Source of the DNA: Pyrodictium delaneyi
GTDB taxonomy: Archaea; Thermoproteota; Thermoprotei_A; Sulfolobales; Pyrodictiaceae
Direction: 5' to 3'
Length of the DNA stretch: 32,000 nucleotides
NCBI RefSeq assembly: GCF_001412615.1
Contig: NZ_CP013011.1
Span: forward strand, 1,860,001 to 1,892,000
The notes under the pieces: model-generated
The model's database searches: none
The model's input: the letters and a program-made list of their open reading frames with translations, nothing else
What the model was told of the DNA's origin: nothing
Program-made: the position numbers and the translations under genes
Part shown: positions 20,968 to 29,316 of the stretch, in pieces
How the letters are laid out: each line of letters opens with the position of its first letter
How positions within the stretch are numbered: the first letter of the stretch is position 1

Positions 20968-21930
20968 GTGGTCTCATATCGTGCTGCTGTTCTACGCGAG
21001 TTCGGCAAGCCCTTCAGCCTCGAGGAGTTCCGGTATGAGCCTCCTAGTGGCTGGGTTGGTGTAAGGGTCCGTGCGGTGGGCGTTTGTGGCCGTGATGTTG
21101 TTGTGTGGCGCGGTGGGTTCCGCAACCTCCGCCCACCGCTGGTCCTGGGCCACGAGGTCTTCGGCGAATACGAGGGCAAGCCCGTGGCAGTATTCCCGGC
21201 TATCGTTGGCGAGAATTGCCTGGAACGTATGGAGGGGCGTGAGAACCTTTGCAGAGATTACGCTATTCTCGGAGAAACCGTGCCCGGAGGCTATGCGGAG
21301 TACGTCTATGTGCCTAGATGGAACCTCATAGAGCTGCCGGATACCCGCTATACCAGCTACGCTGCAGCAGCCTGTGGCGTAGCAACATTCATCCACGCAG
21401 CCAAGGTGGCTGGCATCGGAGGTGGTGACCGCGTACTAGTTACCGGTGCAGCTGGCGGCGTAGGCATCCATGGCGTCCAGTATCTTGTAAGCCTAGGGGT
21501 AGAGGTCTACGGCACTACGCGTAGCCGAGAGAAGGCCCGTGTACTCGAGGAGCTAGGAGTACACCCGTTGACCTCTAGGGAGTTCAGCCGAGAGCTAGGA
21601 GCCAAGGTCGACGCAGTCTTCGAGGTAGTAGGCGCGTCGACCATCAACGAGAGTCTCCGCGCCCTAAAGCCCCAGGGCACGCTCGTGCTCATAGGCAACG
21701 TCGAGGGCAAGCCACTGGAGCTCGCGAGACCCGCGATGATAGTTATGCGCGAGCTGCGAATCATCGGCTCAGCCGCCTATACCAGGAGAGAATACGAGAC
21801 AGCGATCAATCTCATAGCCCGGGGCCTAATCAAGCCGTTCTACAAGACGTATAAGCTCGACGAGGTAAACCAAGCCTACAAAGACATGCTATCAGGAAAC
21901 CTAGTAGGTCGCGCCGTTCTCACAATCTAA
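20968..21930 (+). CDS. Zinc-type alcohol dehydrogenase / medium-chain dehydrogenase-reductase family
   Basis: GVCGRDVVVWRGG, GHEVFGE, and the GxGxxG-like nucleotide site VTGAAGGVGIHGVQ. 320 aa, GTG start. Confidence 0.8.
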   Translation: MVSYRAAVLREFGKPFSLEEFRYEPPSGWVGVRVRAVGVCGRDVVVWRGGFRNLRPPLVLGHEVFGEYEGKPVAVFPAIVGENCLERMEGRENLCRDYAILGETVPGGYAEYVYVPRWNLIELPDTRYTSYAAAACGVATFIHAAKVAGIGGGDRVLVTGAAGGVGIHGVQYLVSLGVEVYGTTRSREKARVLEELGVHPLTSREFSRELGAKVDAVFEVVGASTINESLRALKPQGTLVLIGNVEGKPLELARPAMIVMRELRIIGSAAYTRREYETAINLIARGLIKPFYKTYKLDEVNQAYKDMLSGNLVGRAVLTI

Positions 21931-22320
21931 TCGTTTAGCTGCAAGAGCTATGTACAGCCTATTACATCCCACATCCACAGACCATTAAACATAGTCTACC
22001 CCCGACCATCACGCTAAGCTGGCACTAGATCACTGTAGGGGGTCACCGAAACTCATGGCGCAGAAGTTCTGCTTCTGCTCAGGGCTCCTGACTATAGAGT
22101 GGCACCGTGCCAGAGGCGAGGTCCGCGACTATCTTGGCTGCGTCGTCTGAGTTCATCTCGCCTCGTAGGGTCTTCTTCCAGAGCGCGTTAGCCACCTCTT
22201 TGACAGACAAGTCTAAGGGTCACTTACGACGTCGAACAGTATCCTTGAGGCTATACACTGCCTTATAGCAGCTATGCACCGTGGCCGCCACGCCAAGCCT
22301 AACTAACCACATCCAGCGCT

Positions 22321-22656
22321 ATGTTTCACGGGAGCCGGATAGGCGCCACTATGTATACCGCCGAGAGGGTACGCGTCTTGGTCGTGGATCCTGGGTTCGA
22401 GTTATCCTATCTGCTAGGCGACGTGCTAGGACGTGGCGTCGAGGTGAAGAGCTACAGCTTTGACCCGGAGAAGGGTGTGCTATGCGTTGAGGCCGAGGTG
22501 GAAGGGGTTGGACATCGGCAGGCTTGTGTTGAAGTGAAGCCGTGTAGGGGGCTCCAGGAGGAGGCCAAGTGGATGCGCTGTCTATCGAAGACGCTTGCCC
22601 ACGCTGAGGGCTTGGCTGAGAGGCTTGCCCGGCTACTCGCTGGCGGGGAAGTGTGA
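22321..22656 (+). CDS. Hypothetical protein
   Basis: 111-aa ORF whose codon composition resembles its neighbours. No recognisable motif. ATG 22351 is an alternative start. Confidence 0.4.
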   Translation: MFHGSRIGATMYTAERVRVLVVDPGFELSYLLGDVLGRGVEVKSYSFDPEKGVLCVEAEVEGVGHRQACVEVKPCRGLQEEAKWMRCLSKTLAHAEGLAERLARLLAGGEV

Positions 22657-22667
22657 GTGATGCTGTG

Positions 22668-23831
22668 CTAGGGTGGTTTTCGCAGCCGTGCTATGAAGTA
22701 GCCTGTCGCTCTGTGGACGTTGGGGTGGATTCTTATAGCGGGCTGGCCGTAGCTGCCTATTCCGCGGCTGAAGCGGCGAGGCCATGCCTCCTCTAGGCGG
22801 AAACCTAGCTCCTCTACCGCGTAGCGTATGTTCTCCTCGTTCTCCCTGACCGTCATAGTGCAAGTGGAGTAGACCAGGACCCCGCCTGGGCGGAGGAGCC
22901 GGTAAGCTGCGCGAAGGAACTGGCGCTGGTACCGAGCGCTGATCTCTATATCTCTCATCGTCTTACGGTCCCATATTTTCGGTATCACTCCGAGACTGCT
23001 ACACGGCGGGTCAAGGATCACGTAGTCTGCTATTCCCTCGCCGAGCCTCTTGTCTAGGTACCTTGAGTCTGCTCTAATCACTTCCACGCCACGGTGTCCG
23101 AGCCTCCTTAGCTCTTGGCGGAGCCGCTCTGTCTTTCTCCGGGAGTGGTCGACCGCTATCACCCGTGCCTTTCCCCGAACTAGCTCGTAGACGTGCCCGG
23201 TCTTCCCGCCCGGTGCCGCACACATATCGACGATAACGGAGCCGGGCTTAGGGGCCAGCACGTGGGCTACATGCATGGAGGATATGCTCTGCTCGTAGAT
23301 CATTCCCTCGCGGCCCCACTTGGTCTCGCGTAGGCTGGGCACCCTGTAGAGAGGCTCAACGACCTCCACTACGAGGCCCCTGCGGGCGCGTAGCGCTTCC
23401 CGGAACAGCGGTGCAGCCACACCCACTGCTACTGGGATACCGTTCTCCGAGACCACTAGCACCTCTCGGCCCGAGCGGACACAGTCCTCAACACGGACCA
23501 CGCCCGGGGCGTAGACGTGGGCTCCCATCATCACGCTCTCAGCAGTCCGTTTGTCCACGACAACTCTGCAGCCGGGATCGCGGAGCCTTCTGGGTCCCTT
23601 CACAGGGATCCAGAGAGCCTCCTCGAGCAGCTCATCCATGTAAACCGTGAAGCCCTCCTCCCGTATCTCCTCCAGAAGTTCACCCGGGTCTACGCGGAGC
23701 TTGTTGACACGGAAATAGTAGCGAGCCGGGGGCATCATGAGCGACTCTAGGAGGACGTGCAGCCCCTGGGGACCGTAGACGCGACCTAGCTCCTCTAGCA
23801 GGTCCCTATCGTACCATCTCCAAGGCTCCAT
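22668..23831 (-). CDS. RNA cytosine-C5 methyltransferase (NOL1/NOP2/Sun family) with a PUA domain
   Basis: SAM motif CAAPGGKT, motif IV DPPCSSLG and motif VI STCT are present. The upstream PUA-like segment is VVVDKRTAESVMMGAHVYAPGVV.....G.EVLVVSENG.PVAVGVA. Confidence 0.88.
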   Translation of the reverse strand: MEPWRWYDRDLLEELGRVYGPQGLHVLLESLMMPPARYYFRVNKLRVDPGELLEEIREEGFTVYMDELLEEALWIPVKGPRRLRDPGCRVVVDKRTAESVMMGAHVYAPGVVRVEDCVRSGREVLVVSENGIPVAVGVAAPLFREALRARRGLVVEVVEPLYRVPSLRETKWGREGMIYEQSISSMHVAHVLAPKPGSVIVDMCAAPGGKTGHVYELVRGKARVIAVDHSRRKTERLRQELRRLGHRGVEVIRADSRYLDKRLGEGIADYVILDPPCSSLGVIPKIWDRKTMRDIEISARYQRQFLRAAYRLLRPGGVLVYSTCTMTVRENEENIRYAVEELGFRLEEAWPRRFSRGIGSYGQPAIRIHPNVHRATGYFIARLRKPP

Positions 23832-24221
23832 AACAGAGCCCCAATACTGGCTCTGTGCATGGAGAGGGGCTCCTTATAGGTGGACATTTTACGGTAAAAG
23901 GGGAGACCGCTACTTCGGTCTCCGCAGCCGCCTGACATGGCACTTTGTCTTCTAGCCGCGCACCGCGCCGTCCAGGGCCGGGCATAGGCGGCGCGCCGGC
24001 TAACTCTGAGACCATGTAATCTCCTTGCTGGTGTCTATGCCCCACGAGCGATTCTTCATAGACTATTTGGGCTCTCAGCCTTCCTCAAGTCATAACTCAT
24101 GGCTGGCAAAGCTTACGCATAACCTGGAGCTCTGGACCCTTACTTTTGGGCAGATTGCTTCTCTCGTGTAAGTGGTGTAAACATTTACATGCCATGGGTC
24201 TAGTACAGTGCCCTGAGAGCA

Positions 24222-24479
24222 ATGGGCTTCCGCGACCTACCAAGACCTGCTCAGAGGTACATACTGTACCATATGCTGATATCGCCTACTCTCATAGCTT
24301 GGGTTGTGCTTCCCTACTACCTGCTTGCCACCGGCTACGAAGTGCTCCAGGTAGGCGCGTTGTTCACCCTAATGACTGTACTGGGTATCCCTCTGCAGCT
24401 CCTCCTAGGCAAGGTCTTCACGGTACGCGATCTCCGCCTAGGCCTGGCCGCTGTAGATGCTATGGAAAGGGCTTGCTAG
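24222..24479 (+). CDS. Membrane protein, N-terminal segment (possibly the 5' part of a frameshifted gene)
   Basis: 85 aa with two clear hydrophobic helices. It terminates in the middle of what looks like a third helix (..RLGLAAVDAMERAC*). Confidence 0.45.
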   Translation: MGFRDLPRPAQRYILYHMLISPTLIAWVVLPYYLLATGYEVLQVGALFTLMTVLGIPLQLLLGKVFTVRDLRLGLAAVDAMERAC

Positions 24480-25122
24480 CCTTCTCTATGGCCTTGCCCG
24501 GGGGAAGCTTGCCCCCATCATGATTGTTGCTGGTGGTGCTGTAGAGAAGGCTGCAGGATACCTCTACTTCATCTACCTCCTCCTCTACGTGGTCTCGGAT
24601 GTACTCTTCATCGCGGGGTGGAATCTCGCTCCGAGCCTGGCCCTGGTATACCTCGTCGTAGAGAAGTATCACGGCTCATTGTTCTATGTGGCTCTAGTGG
24701 AGGCTTCTATAAGCCTTGCAACTATAGTAGGCACCTACATCGAGGAGAGAATTAGAAGGTTTAGCGGCTATACACTACTCTCCCTGGGAACTGCAACCGA
24801 GGCGCTAGCTCTGGCTGGTATAGTGTTCTCGCCGCCTGTAATAGCCTATCTACTGGTACTAGCTTTCGTGATCCGTCTTGGTGACACCCTAGTCTTCATA
24901 GGCCGCAGAGAGTGGCTTTTCAACTCCATATCGAGGGAGGAGGCCTCCTTAGTGACTTCTCTCGTCTCCTCCATCCGTAGAGGTATAGGGATAGTCTCAG
25001 GGCTGGCTACTGGCCTTCTGGCATCGCTGAGCCCCGTAGCGCCTTATGTTGCATGCCTGGTATTGATGCTCTTAACGCTGCTCATCTACGCTGTTGCCCG
25101 TAGGCTCGAAGCTGCCGGGTAG
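24457..25122 (+). CDS. Polytopic membrane protein (MFS-like), possibly the continuation of 24222..24479
   Basis: 221 aa with about 6 hydrophobic helices. Its ATG directly follows an in-frame TAG and overlaps the upstream ORF by 23 nt in the +1 frame. Confidence 0.55.
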   Translation: MLWKGLASLLYGLARGKLAPIMIVAGGAVEKAAGYLYFIYLLLYVVSDVLFIAGWNLAPSLALVYLVVEKYHGSLFYVALVEASISLATIVGTYIEERIRRFSGYTLLSLGTATEALALAGIVFSPPVIAYLLVLAFVIRLGDTLVFIGRREWLFNSISREEASLVTSLVSSIRRGIGIVSGLATGLLASLSPVAPYVACLVLMLLTLLIYAVARRLEAAG

Positions 25123-25192
25123 CACCGCCCGGCTCTGTGGCGGTAGGGTACGCTATGGAGAGGTTGTGCCACCTCGTATACGAAACGAAATA

Positions 25193-25220
25193 GAAACTAT
25201 ATCTATACAGATACTGTTTC
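25193..25220. promoter_or_regulatory. 28-bp imperfect palindrome upstream of feoB; candidate operator
   Basis: GAAACTATATCTATACAGATACTGTTTC has 11 of 14 symmetric pairs complementary. It sits just upstream of an A/T box (CATTTTTAAC, about 25226-25235) and about 70 nt before the feoB start. Confidence 0.4.
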
Positions 25221-25288
25221 GCTTACATTTTTAACATGCCTTAAAGAACTCTAGTAGTCCCCTACCACTTGGGGGTCAGAAGGATCTC

Positions 25289-27493
25289 TTGGCACGGCGA
25301 CCTGTCCTAGGGCAGTGCTCCTGCAGCCATAACAACAATGGCGGACAGAGAGATTCCTCGGAGCACAGCCAGCAGAAGTGCGACATAGTAGCAGCACTTG
25401 TAGGCGCGCCTAACAGCGGTAAGACTACACTCTTCAACGCGCTTACAGGGTCTAGCGAGTTCGTCGCCAACTGGCCCGGCGCCACAGTAGACGTCAAGAC
25501 CGCCTACATGAAGACCGACGGCTCTACTCTCTGCATAGTAGACCTACCCGGCACCTATAGTATCAGCGGTAGTGGCCCCGAAGAGGCTGTGACACGTGGC
25601 TTCCTCTTAGAGAACCGCCCCGACGTGATAGTAGCGATAGCTGATGCTACTATTCTGGAGAGGAGCCTTTTCCTACCACTAGAGCTGCTAGAAGCATTCG
25701 AGAACGTTGTAGTAGTATTGACTAAGGCTGATGCGCTCGAGGAGAAGGGGCTACGCATAGACACTAAGGGTCTTGAGAAGGAGCTAGGAGCACCAATTAT
25801 ACTCGTCAGCGCTCTGGAGGGGCAAGGTCTCGACAAGCTCATAGAGGCTCTGAAGAGGCCAAAACCAGTAAACAGTAGGAAAATTATAGAAAAAGTGTTA
25901 GACGATCTCAAACCATACGTTGAACGCCTAGCCGGGCTCCTAGCAGATAAGGGGATAGAGCCTGATAAGGCCCGGTGGCTTGCCGTAAAGCTCCTCGAGG
26001 GCTACGACTGGGTCCCCGGGTATCTCGAGAAGCTGCTGGGCCCCGCTGAGGCCCGGGGGATTGTCGAGGAGGCTGAGAGACTACGGAACGAGCTAGTGGA
26101 GAAGGGTGTTGACCCGTCGCTTGAGTTCATAAGGAGGAGGTACGAGTACGCCTCCCGGCTCTACGAGAGGTACGTAGAGCGCGAGGCCGAGGAGGCTAGC
26201 GAGGGCATTTCGCGGCTAGATTTGCTCTTCCTCAACCCCCTGACGGGGCCTCTTGTTAGCCTCGGGTTCATGCTCCTCGTGTTCCTAGCCACCTATGTTA
26301 TTGCCACCGGCTGGCCTCTCGACGTGTTGCTCGAACGACTCGGCTTCGAGAGGGCAGCTGAAGCCGTGGCAGAGTATAGCTTATCCGGGCTAGTAGCCAT
26401 GGTTATGGACACGCTTGCTGGCTGGGTGGAGGCGGCTATACCGCATCCAGTGCTAGCCCGGCTTGTAGGCGAGGGTGTACTCTCCTCCGAGTATGGGCTT
26501 GGCCTAGTACTCACCTTCGTCCCGTTGCTGGCCGTGCTTATGGCGCTGATAGCGGCGCTAGAAGACTCTGGACTATTGCCGCGGATAGCGGCTGGGGTTG
26601 ACAGGTTCTTCCGCCGCTTCGGGGTCAGCGGTAAGGCCGTGTTCCCGGCGATGGTTAGCCTCGGCTGCAACGTGCCGGGGGTGATATCCACTCGGGTTAT
26701 GGACTCGGAGCAGGAAAAGAAGGCTGTAGCCTTCGCTATACCACTTATACCGTGTAGCGCACGGCTAGCAGTACTCCTAGCACTAGCTCACGTATTCTTC
26801 CGGAGCCCCCTGGAGAGCGCTCTAGCAGTGTTCGCGGTCTACCTGCTCTCGATAGCATCGTTCCTGGCTACACTGAAGCTTGCGACACACGTCGAGGGCA
26901 GCGAGGCTAGCGATATAGTGCTAGAGCTTCCGCCACTGAAGAGGCCTAGCCTCCGTGTAGTCTGGTGGTTTGTCTGGGATAAGTTGCGACACTTCCTCGT
27001 CCGCGCTGGCACGCTAATCGTTGTAGCTAGTATCGCGCTGTGGCTACTAGCCAACTACGGGCCAGGCGGCTACCTCGGGGACGTGGACGGGGGTGCTGCC
27101 CAGAGCTACGCGGCTAGTGTGGGCCGGCTACTAGCGCCCTACGTGGAGCTAGTACTAGGCGTGGACTACGACCGGGCCTGGCGCATAGGCTTCGGCCTAC
27201 TAGGCGGCTTCATAGCCAAGGAGGTGTTCCTAGACTCCATAGCCGTAGTCTCACCCATAGACAGCGCCGCCGAGAGGGCCAAGTACGCAACACTCGCCGC
27301 CTACGCCCTAGAGCCCTGGCAGGCGCTAGCACTAATGGCCGCCGTGACCCTCTACATTCCCTGCATGGCGACACTCGCCACTATATACTCTGAAACGCGG
27401 AGCCCTCGGCTAGCACTATCCGCGCTAGTCTACGACTTCGCCCTAGCGACCATAGTCGCGCTCGCCATCAGGGGTCTAGCAGTAGTCTTGTAA
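25289..27493 (+). CDS. feoB: Ferrous iron transporter FeoB
   Basis: N-terminal G-domain (ALVGAPNSGKTTLFNALTG; DLPGTYS; LTKAD) followed by a large polytopic membrane domain. 734 aa. TTG 25289 is the only in-frame canonical start upstream of the G1 motif. Confidence 0.92.
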   Translation: MARRPVLGQCSCSHNNNGGQRDSSEHSQQKCDIVAALVGAPNSGKTTLFNALTGSSEFVANWPGATVDVKTAYMKTDGSTLCIVDLPGTYSISGSGPEEAVTRGFLLENRPDVIVAIADATILERSLFLPLELLEAFENVVVVLTKADALEEKGLRIDTKGLEKELGAPIILVSALEGQGLDKLIEALKRPKPVNSRKIIEKVLDDLKPYVERLAGLLADKGIEPDKARWLAVKLLEGYDWVPGYLEKLLGPAEARGIVEEAERLRNELVEKGVDPSLEFIRRRYEYASRLYERYVEREAEEASEGISRLDLLFLNPLTGPLVSLGFMLLVFLATYVIATGWPLDVLLERLGFERAAEAVAEYSLSGLVAMVMDTLAGWVEAAIPHPVLARLVGEGVLSSEYGLGLVLTFVPLLAVLMALIAALEDSGLLPRIAAGVDRFFRRFGVSGKAVFPAMVSLGCNVPGVISTRVMDSEQEKKAVAFAIPLIPCSARLAVLLALAHVFFRSPLESALAVFAVYLLSIASFLATLKLATHVEGSEASDIVLELPPLKRPSLRVVWWFVWDKLRHFLVRAGTLIVVASIALWLLANYGPGGYLGDVDGGAAQSYAASVGRLLAPYVELVLGVDYDRAWRIGFGLLGGFIAKEVFLDSIAVVSPIDSAAERAKYATLAAYALEPWQALALMAAVTLYIPCMATLATIYSETRSPRLALSALVYDFALATIVALAIRGLAVVL

Positions 27494-28058
27494 CCGGTGT
27501 AGAGCCAGGGTATGCCGCCGAGAACGGTGTCAAGAGCACCATGGTGAACACCGTGTAGACAAAGGCCAGGGATAGGCAGGAGTAGACCCTACCCGGATCC
27601 AGCCACCATAGCCCACAGGGAGTATTGCCGGGACATGCCACAGGCCCCAGACAACACCACCACAAGGTAGCCAGCAAGCCCCAGCCCGACAATTCCCTGA
27701 GCAATAAGCCGCGCCATAAAAACTCCTCACCAAGTGCAGCCAGCGCGCTAACAGTAGCACCAGCAGCGTACACCAAAACGAGCAGAGCCAGAGACGTACC
27801 AGGAGCACCGTCCAGCAGACTATTCACCGGCCTCCTAAGCCGGCGGTCAAAGCCAATACCGCCCATACCTAAGAGTCTCAGTAGCGCCATGTAGATACCC
27901 AGAGCAGCATAGACTAGCAACGGGCCCAGCAAATACCAGACAAGAACCACGTTATCCGCGCGGAGAAGCCTGCGGATATAACCCACAGCATCTCTGCCAC
28001 CTAGCACCACAGCTGCAACGACGCCAAGCATAGGCGTATACATCCTCGCTAATCCCAA
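27468..28058 (-). pseudogene. CPBP (CAAX/Abi) intramembrane protease gene disrupted by frameshifts
   Basis: Motif 1 EEFLWR lies in the 27468..28058 frame. Motif 2 (VVWGLWHVP) lies in the 27530..27808 frame. A third HxxxD-type motif (HGVHHGALDTV) lies in the remaining minus frame around 27529-27555. Spacing between motifs is about 30 codons each, as in intact family members. Confidence 0.6.
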
Positions 28059-28250
28059 ACCACGCCGGCAACGCTACCATTCCAGCGAGGATCACCCCGA
28101 AGCCCTACAAGCCATGCAGCTACATCAAACGTTAGCACTGCCCCGAAAGCCACAGTCAAGGCGACTAGAGCAGCATTGTGCACCAATACTCTCCGCCCGA
28201 GCACTCCAGGGGAGAAGGCATATAATCAGCCCCCAGAGCTAAAGGGGGAT

Positions 28251-28604
28251 TCATGGAGAGGCGGGCCAGGGCCCACCAGAGACGGCCTCCCATCCCCCAC
28301 ATGGGAGGGCCCGTAGCTCAGCTAGGATAGAGCGCCGGCCTCCTAAGCCGGTGGTCGGGGGTTCAAATCCCCCCGGGCCCGCCACACTCCTCGTGTAGGG
28401 TCGTTTGTCTAGTTCTGCCTTGTACTGGTCTGCTAGTTGTTCGAGCCACTCGACTCTTCCGATGCTCTTTGTTCGCTTCTTCTTGGCTTCTGGGTCGTAC
28501 CACTCCTTGACTAGGTAGACTCGGTTGCCTATCTTTTTCAGCCGCCAGCTAACCAATTCCTGTTCCCCAGACGCGTATGGGGAAACCACACCCATTACGG
28601 GCAT
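28251..28604 (-). CDS. SSV-type integrase N-terminal fragment, Int(N), reading through the tRNA-Arg 3' half
   Basis: M(PVM)GVVSPYASGEQELVSWRLKKIGNRVYLVKEWYDPEAKKKRTKSIGRVEWLEQLADQY...VAGPGGFEPPTTGLGG. The GFEP stretch is the antisense translation of the T-arm. SSV1 integrase has the equivalent ..PPGFEPGTSGSGG.. segment at its internal attP. Sequence beyond about 28338 is read-through into the tRNA 5' half and chromosomal DNA. Confidence 0.7.
   Translation of the reverse strand: MPVMGVVSPYASGEQELVSWRLKKIGNRVYLVKEWYDPEAKKKRTKSIGRVEWLEQLADQYKAELDKRPYTRSVAGPGGFEPPTTGLGGRRSILAELRALPCGGWEAVSGGPWPASP
28307..28384 (+). tRNA. tRNA-Arg (anticodon CCU), CCA encoded; integration target
   Basis: GGGCCCG TA GCTC AGCTAGGATA GAGC G CCGGC CTCCTAA GCCGG TGGTC GGGGG TTCAAAT CCCCC CGGGCCC G CCA folds by hand into a canonical cloverleaf. 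Confidence 0.9.
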
Positions 28605-28811
28605 CCCGAGAGAATAGAGGAGCCCAACGGAGATGAAAAGAATTTTCCGCCAGCCCGCGCAGAGATAAATAGCAAAGAAGCTAGGCAAAACAGTAGCCGA
28701 GCTAACAAAGCTATTCAAAAGAAAATAACCCCTCTTTTTCTCCGATACTATCCCTCAACCCCCACACCGTTTCCCCAAAATAATACTACTACCTACTACT
28801 GGAGACAAGCC

Positions 28812-28979
28812 ATGGGATGCACACAGGCAGAAATCCTAAGACTATTAGAGCTGATAGAGGATGAAGTGTTCGCTAAGGCTAGGAGCCTCGAGGATGCGTG
28901 GAAAAGGTACACTCTGGTTAAGGAGCATATTAGGCAGATGAGCCTCGACGAGCTGCGTAGCGAGCTAGGCTTAGTCTAA
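28812..28979 (+). CDS. Small helical hypothetical protein (55 aa; below the ORF-track cutoff)
   Basis: Hand translation: MGCTQAEILRLLELIEDEVFAKARSLEDAWKRYTLVKEHIRQMSLDELRSELGLV*. GGAG lies 7 nt upstream of the ATG. The stop overlaps the convergent wHTH gene end by 9 nt. Confidence 0.45.
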   Translation: MGCTQAEILRLLELIEDEVFAKARSLEDAWKRYTLVKEHIRQMSLDELRSELGLV

Positions 28980-29216
28980 ACACTTTACTATGCATCGTCC
29001 TTTTTCTGTAAGCTTTACTATCTTGTTGGGGCCCTGTATCTCTATGTCTGCAAAGCCTAGATCGTAGAGTAGCTCTGCGTACTTGCTCACGGTTCTCTCC
29101 TGTACGGCGAGTTCCTCGGCTAGCTGTTTGAAGTTGAGCTCCTTCTCCGCTAGTATCTGCATCATCTTCAGTATTAGCCTTATCTGGCCCTTGAGACTGC
29201 GCTTCTCAATGCTCAC
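28971..29216 (-). CDS. Winged-helix DNA-binding protein (ArsR/SSV F-93-like small regulator)
   Basis: 81 aa, GTG start. ..ILKMMQILAEKELNFKQLAEELAVQERTVSKYAELLYDLGFADIEIQGPNKIVKLTEKG has a typical H2-H3-wing pattern. Confidence 0.7.
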   Translation of the reverse strand: MSIEKRSLKGQIRLILKMMQILAEKELNFKQLAEELAVQERTVSKYAELLYDLGFADIEIQGPNKIVKLTEKGRCIVKCLD

Positions 29217-29272
29217 AGTTGCACACCACTTCTACTATGCTGTTGTGATTCTATTTAGATGCTCCTATGCGC

Positions 29273-29297
29273 TTAAATACTAGTGCGCAACTGTACA
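29273..29297 (+). promoter_or_regulatory. Promoter/operator module copy 1: A/T box TTAAATAC + 3 nt + TGCGCAACTGTACA
   Basis: 21 of 25 positions are identical to 29896-29920. The 14-mer TGCGCAACTGTACA (29284-29297) is identical in both copies. It lies upstream of ORF 29317. Confidence 0.6.
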
Positions 29298-29316
29298 ATA
29301 GTACTGGTGTGTAACC

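Noticed and set aside
22079-22210. 43-codon minus-strand ORF (TTG start; MSVKEVANALWKKTLRGEMNSDDAAKIVADLASGTVPLYSQEP) in the adh-downstream spacer, vaguely like the C-terminus of a small HTH antitoxin
   Set aside because: It is too short, has no clear start context or partner gene, and the similarity is only impressionistic. It could be a gene remnant.
28605-28718. Hydrophobic 38-aa N-terminal extension of the Int(N) ORF (MNSFVSSATVLPSFFAIYLCAGWRKILFISVGLLYSLG)
   Set aside because: It is not expected for an integrase. SSV-type Int proteins begin close to the basic beta-hairpin segment, so the internal Met codons at 28604/28595 are the more likely starts.
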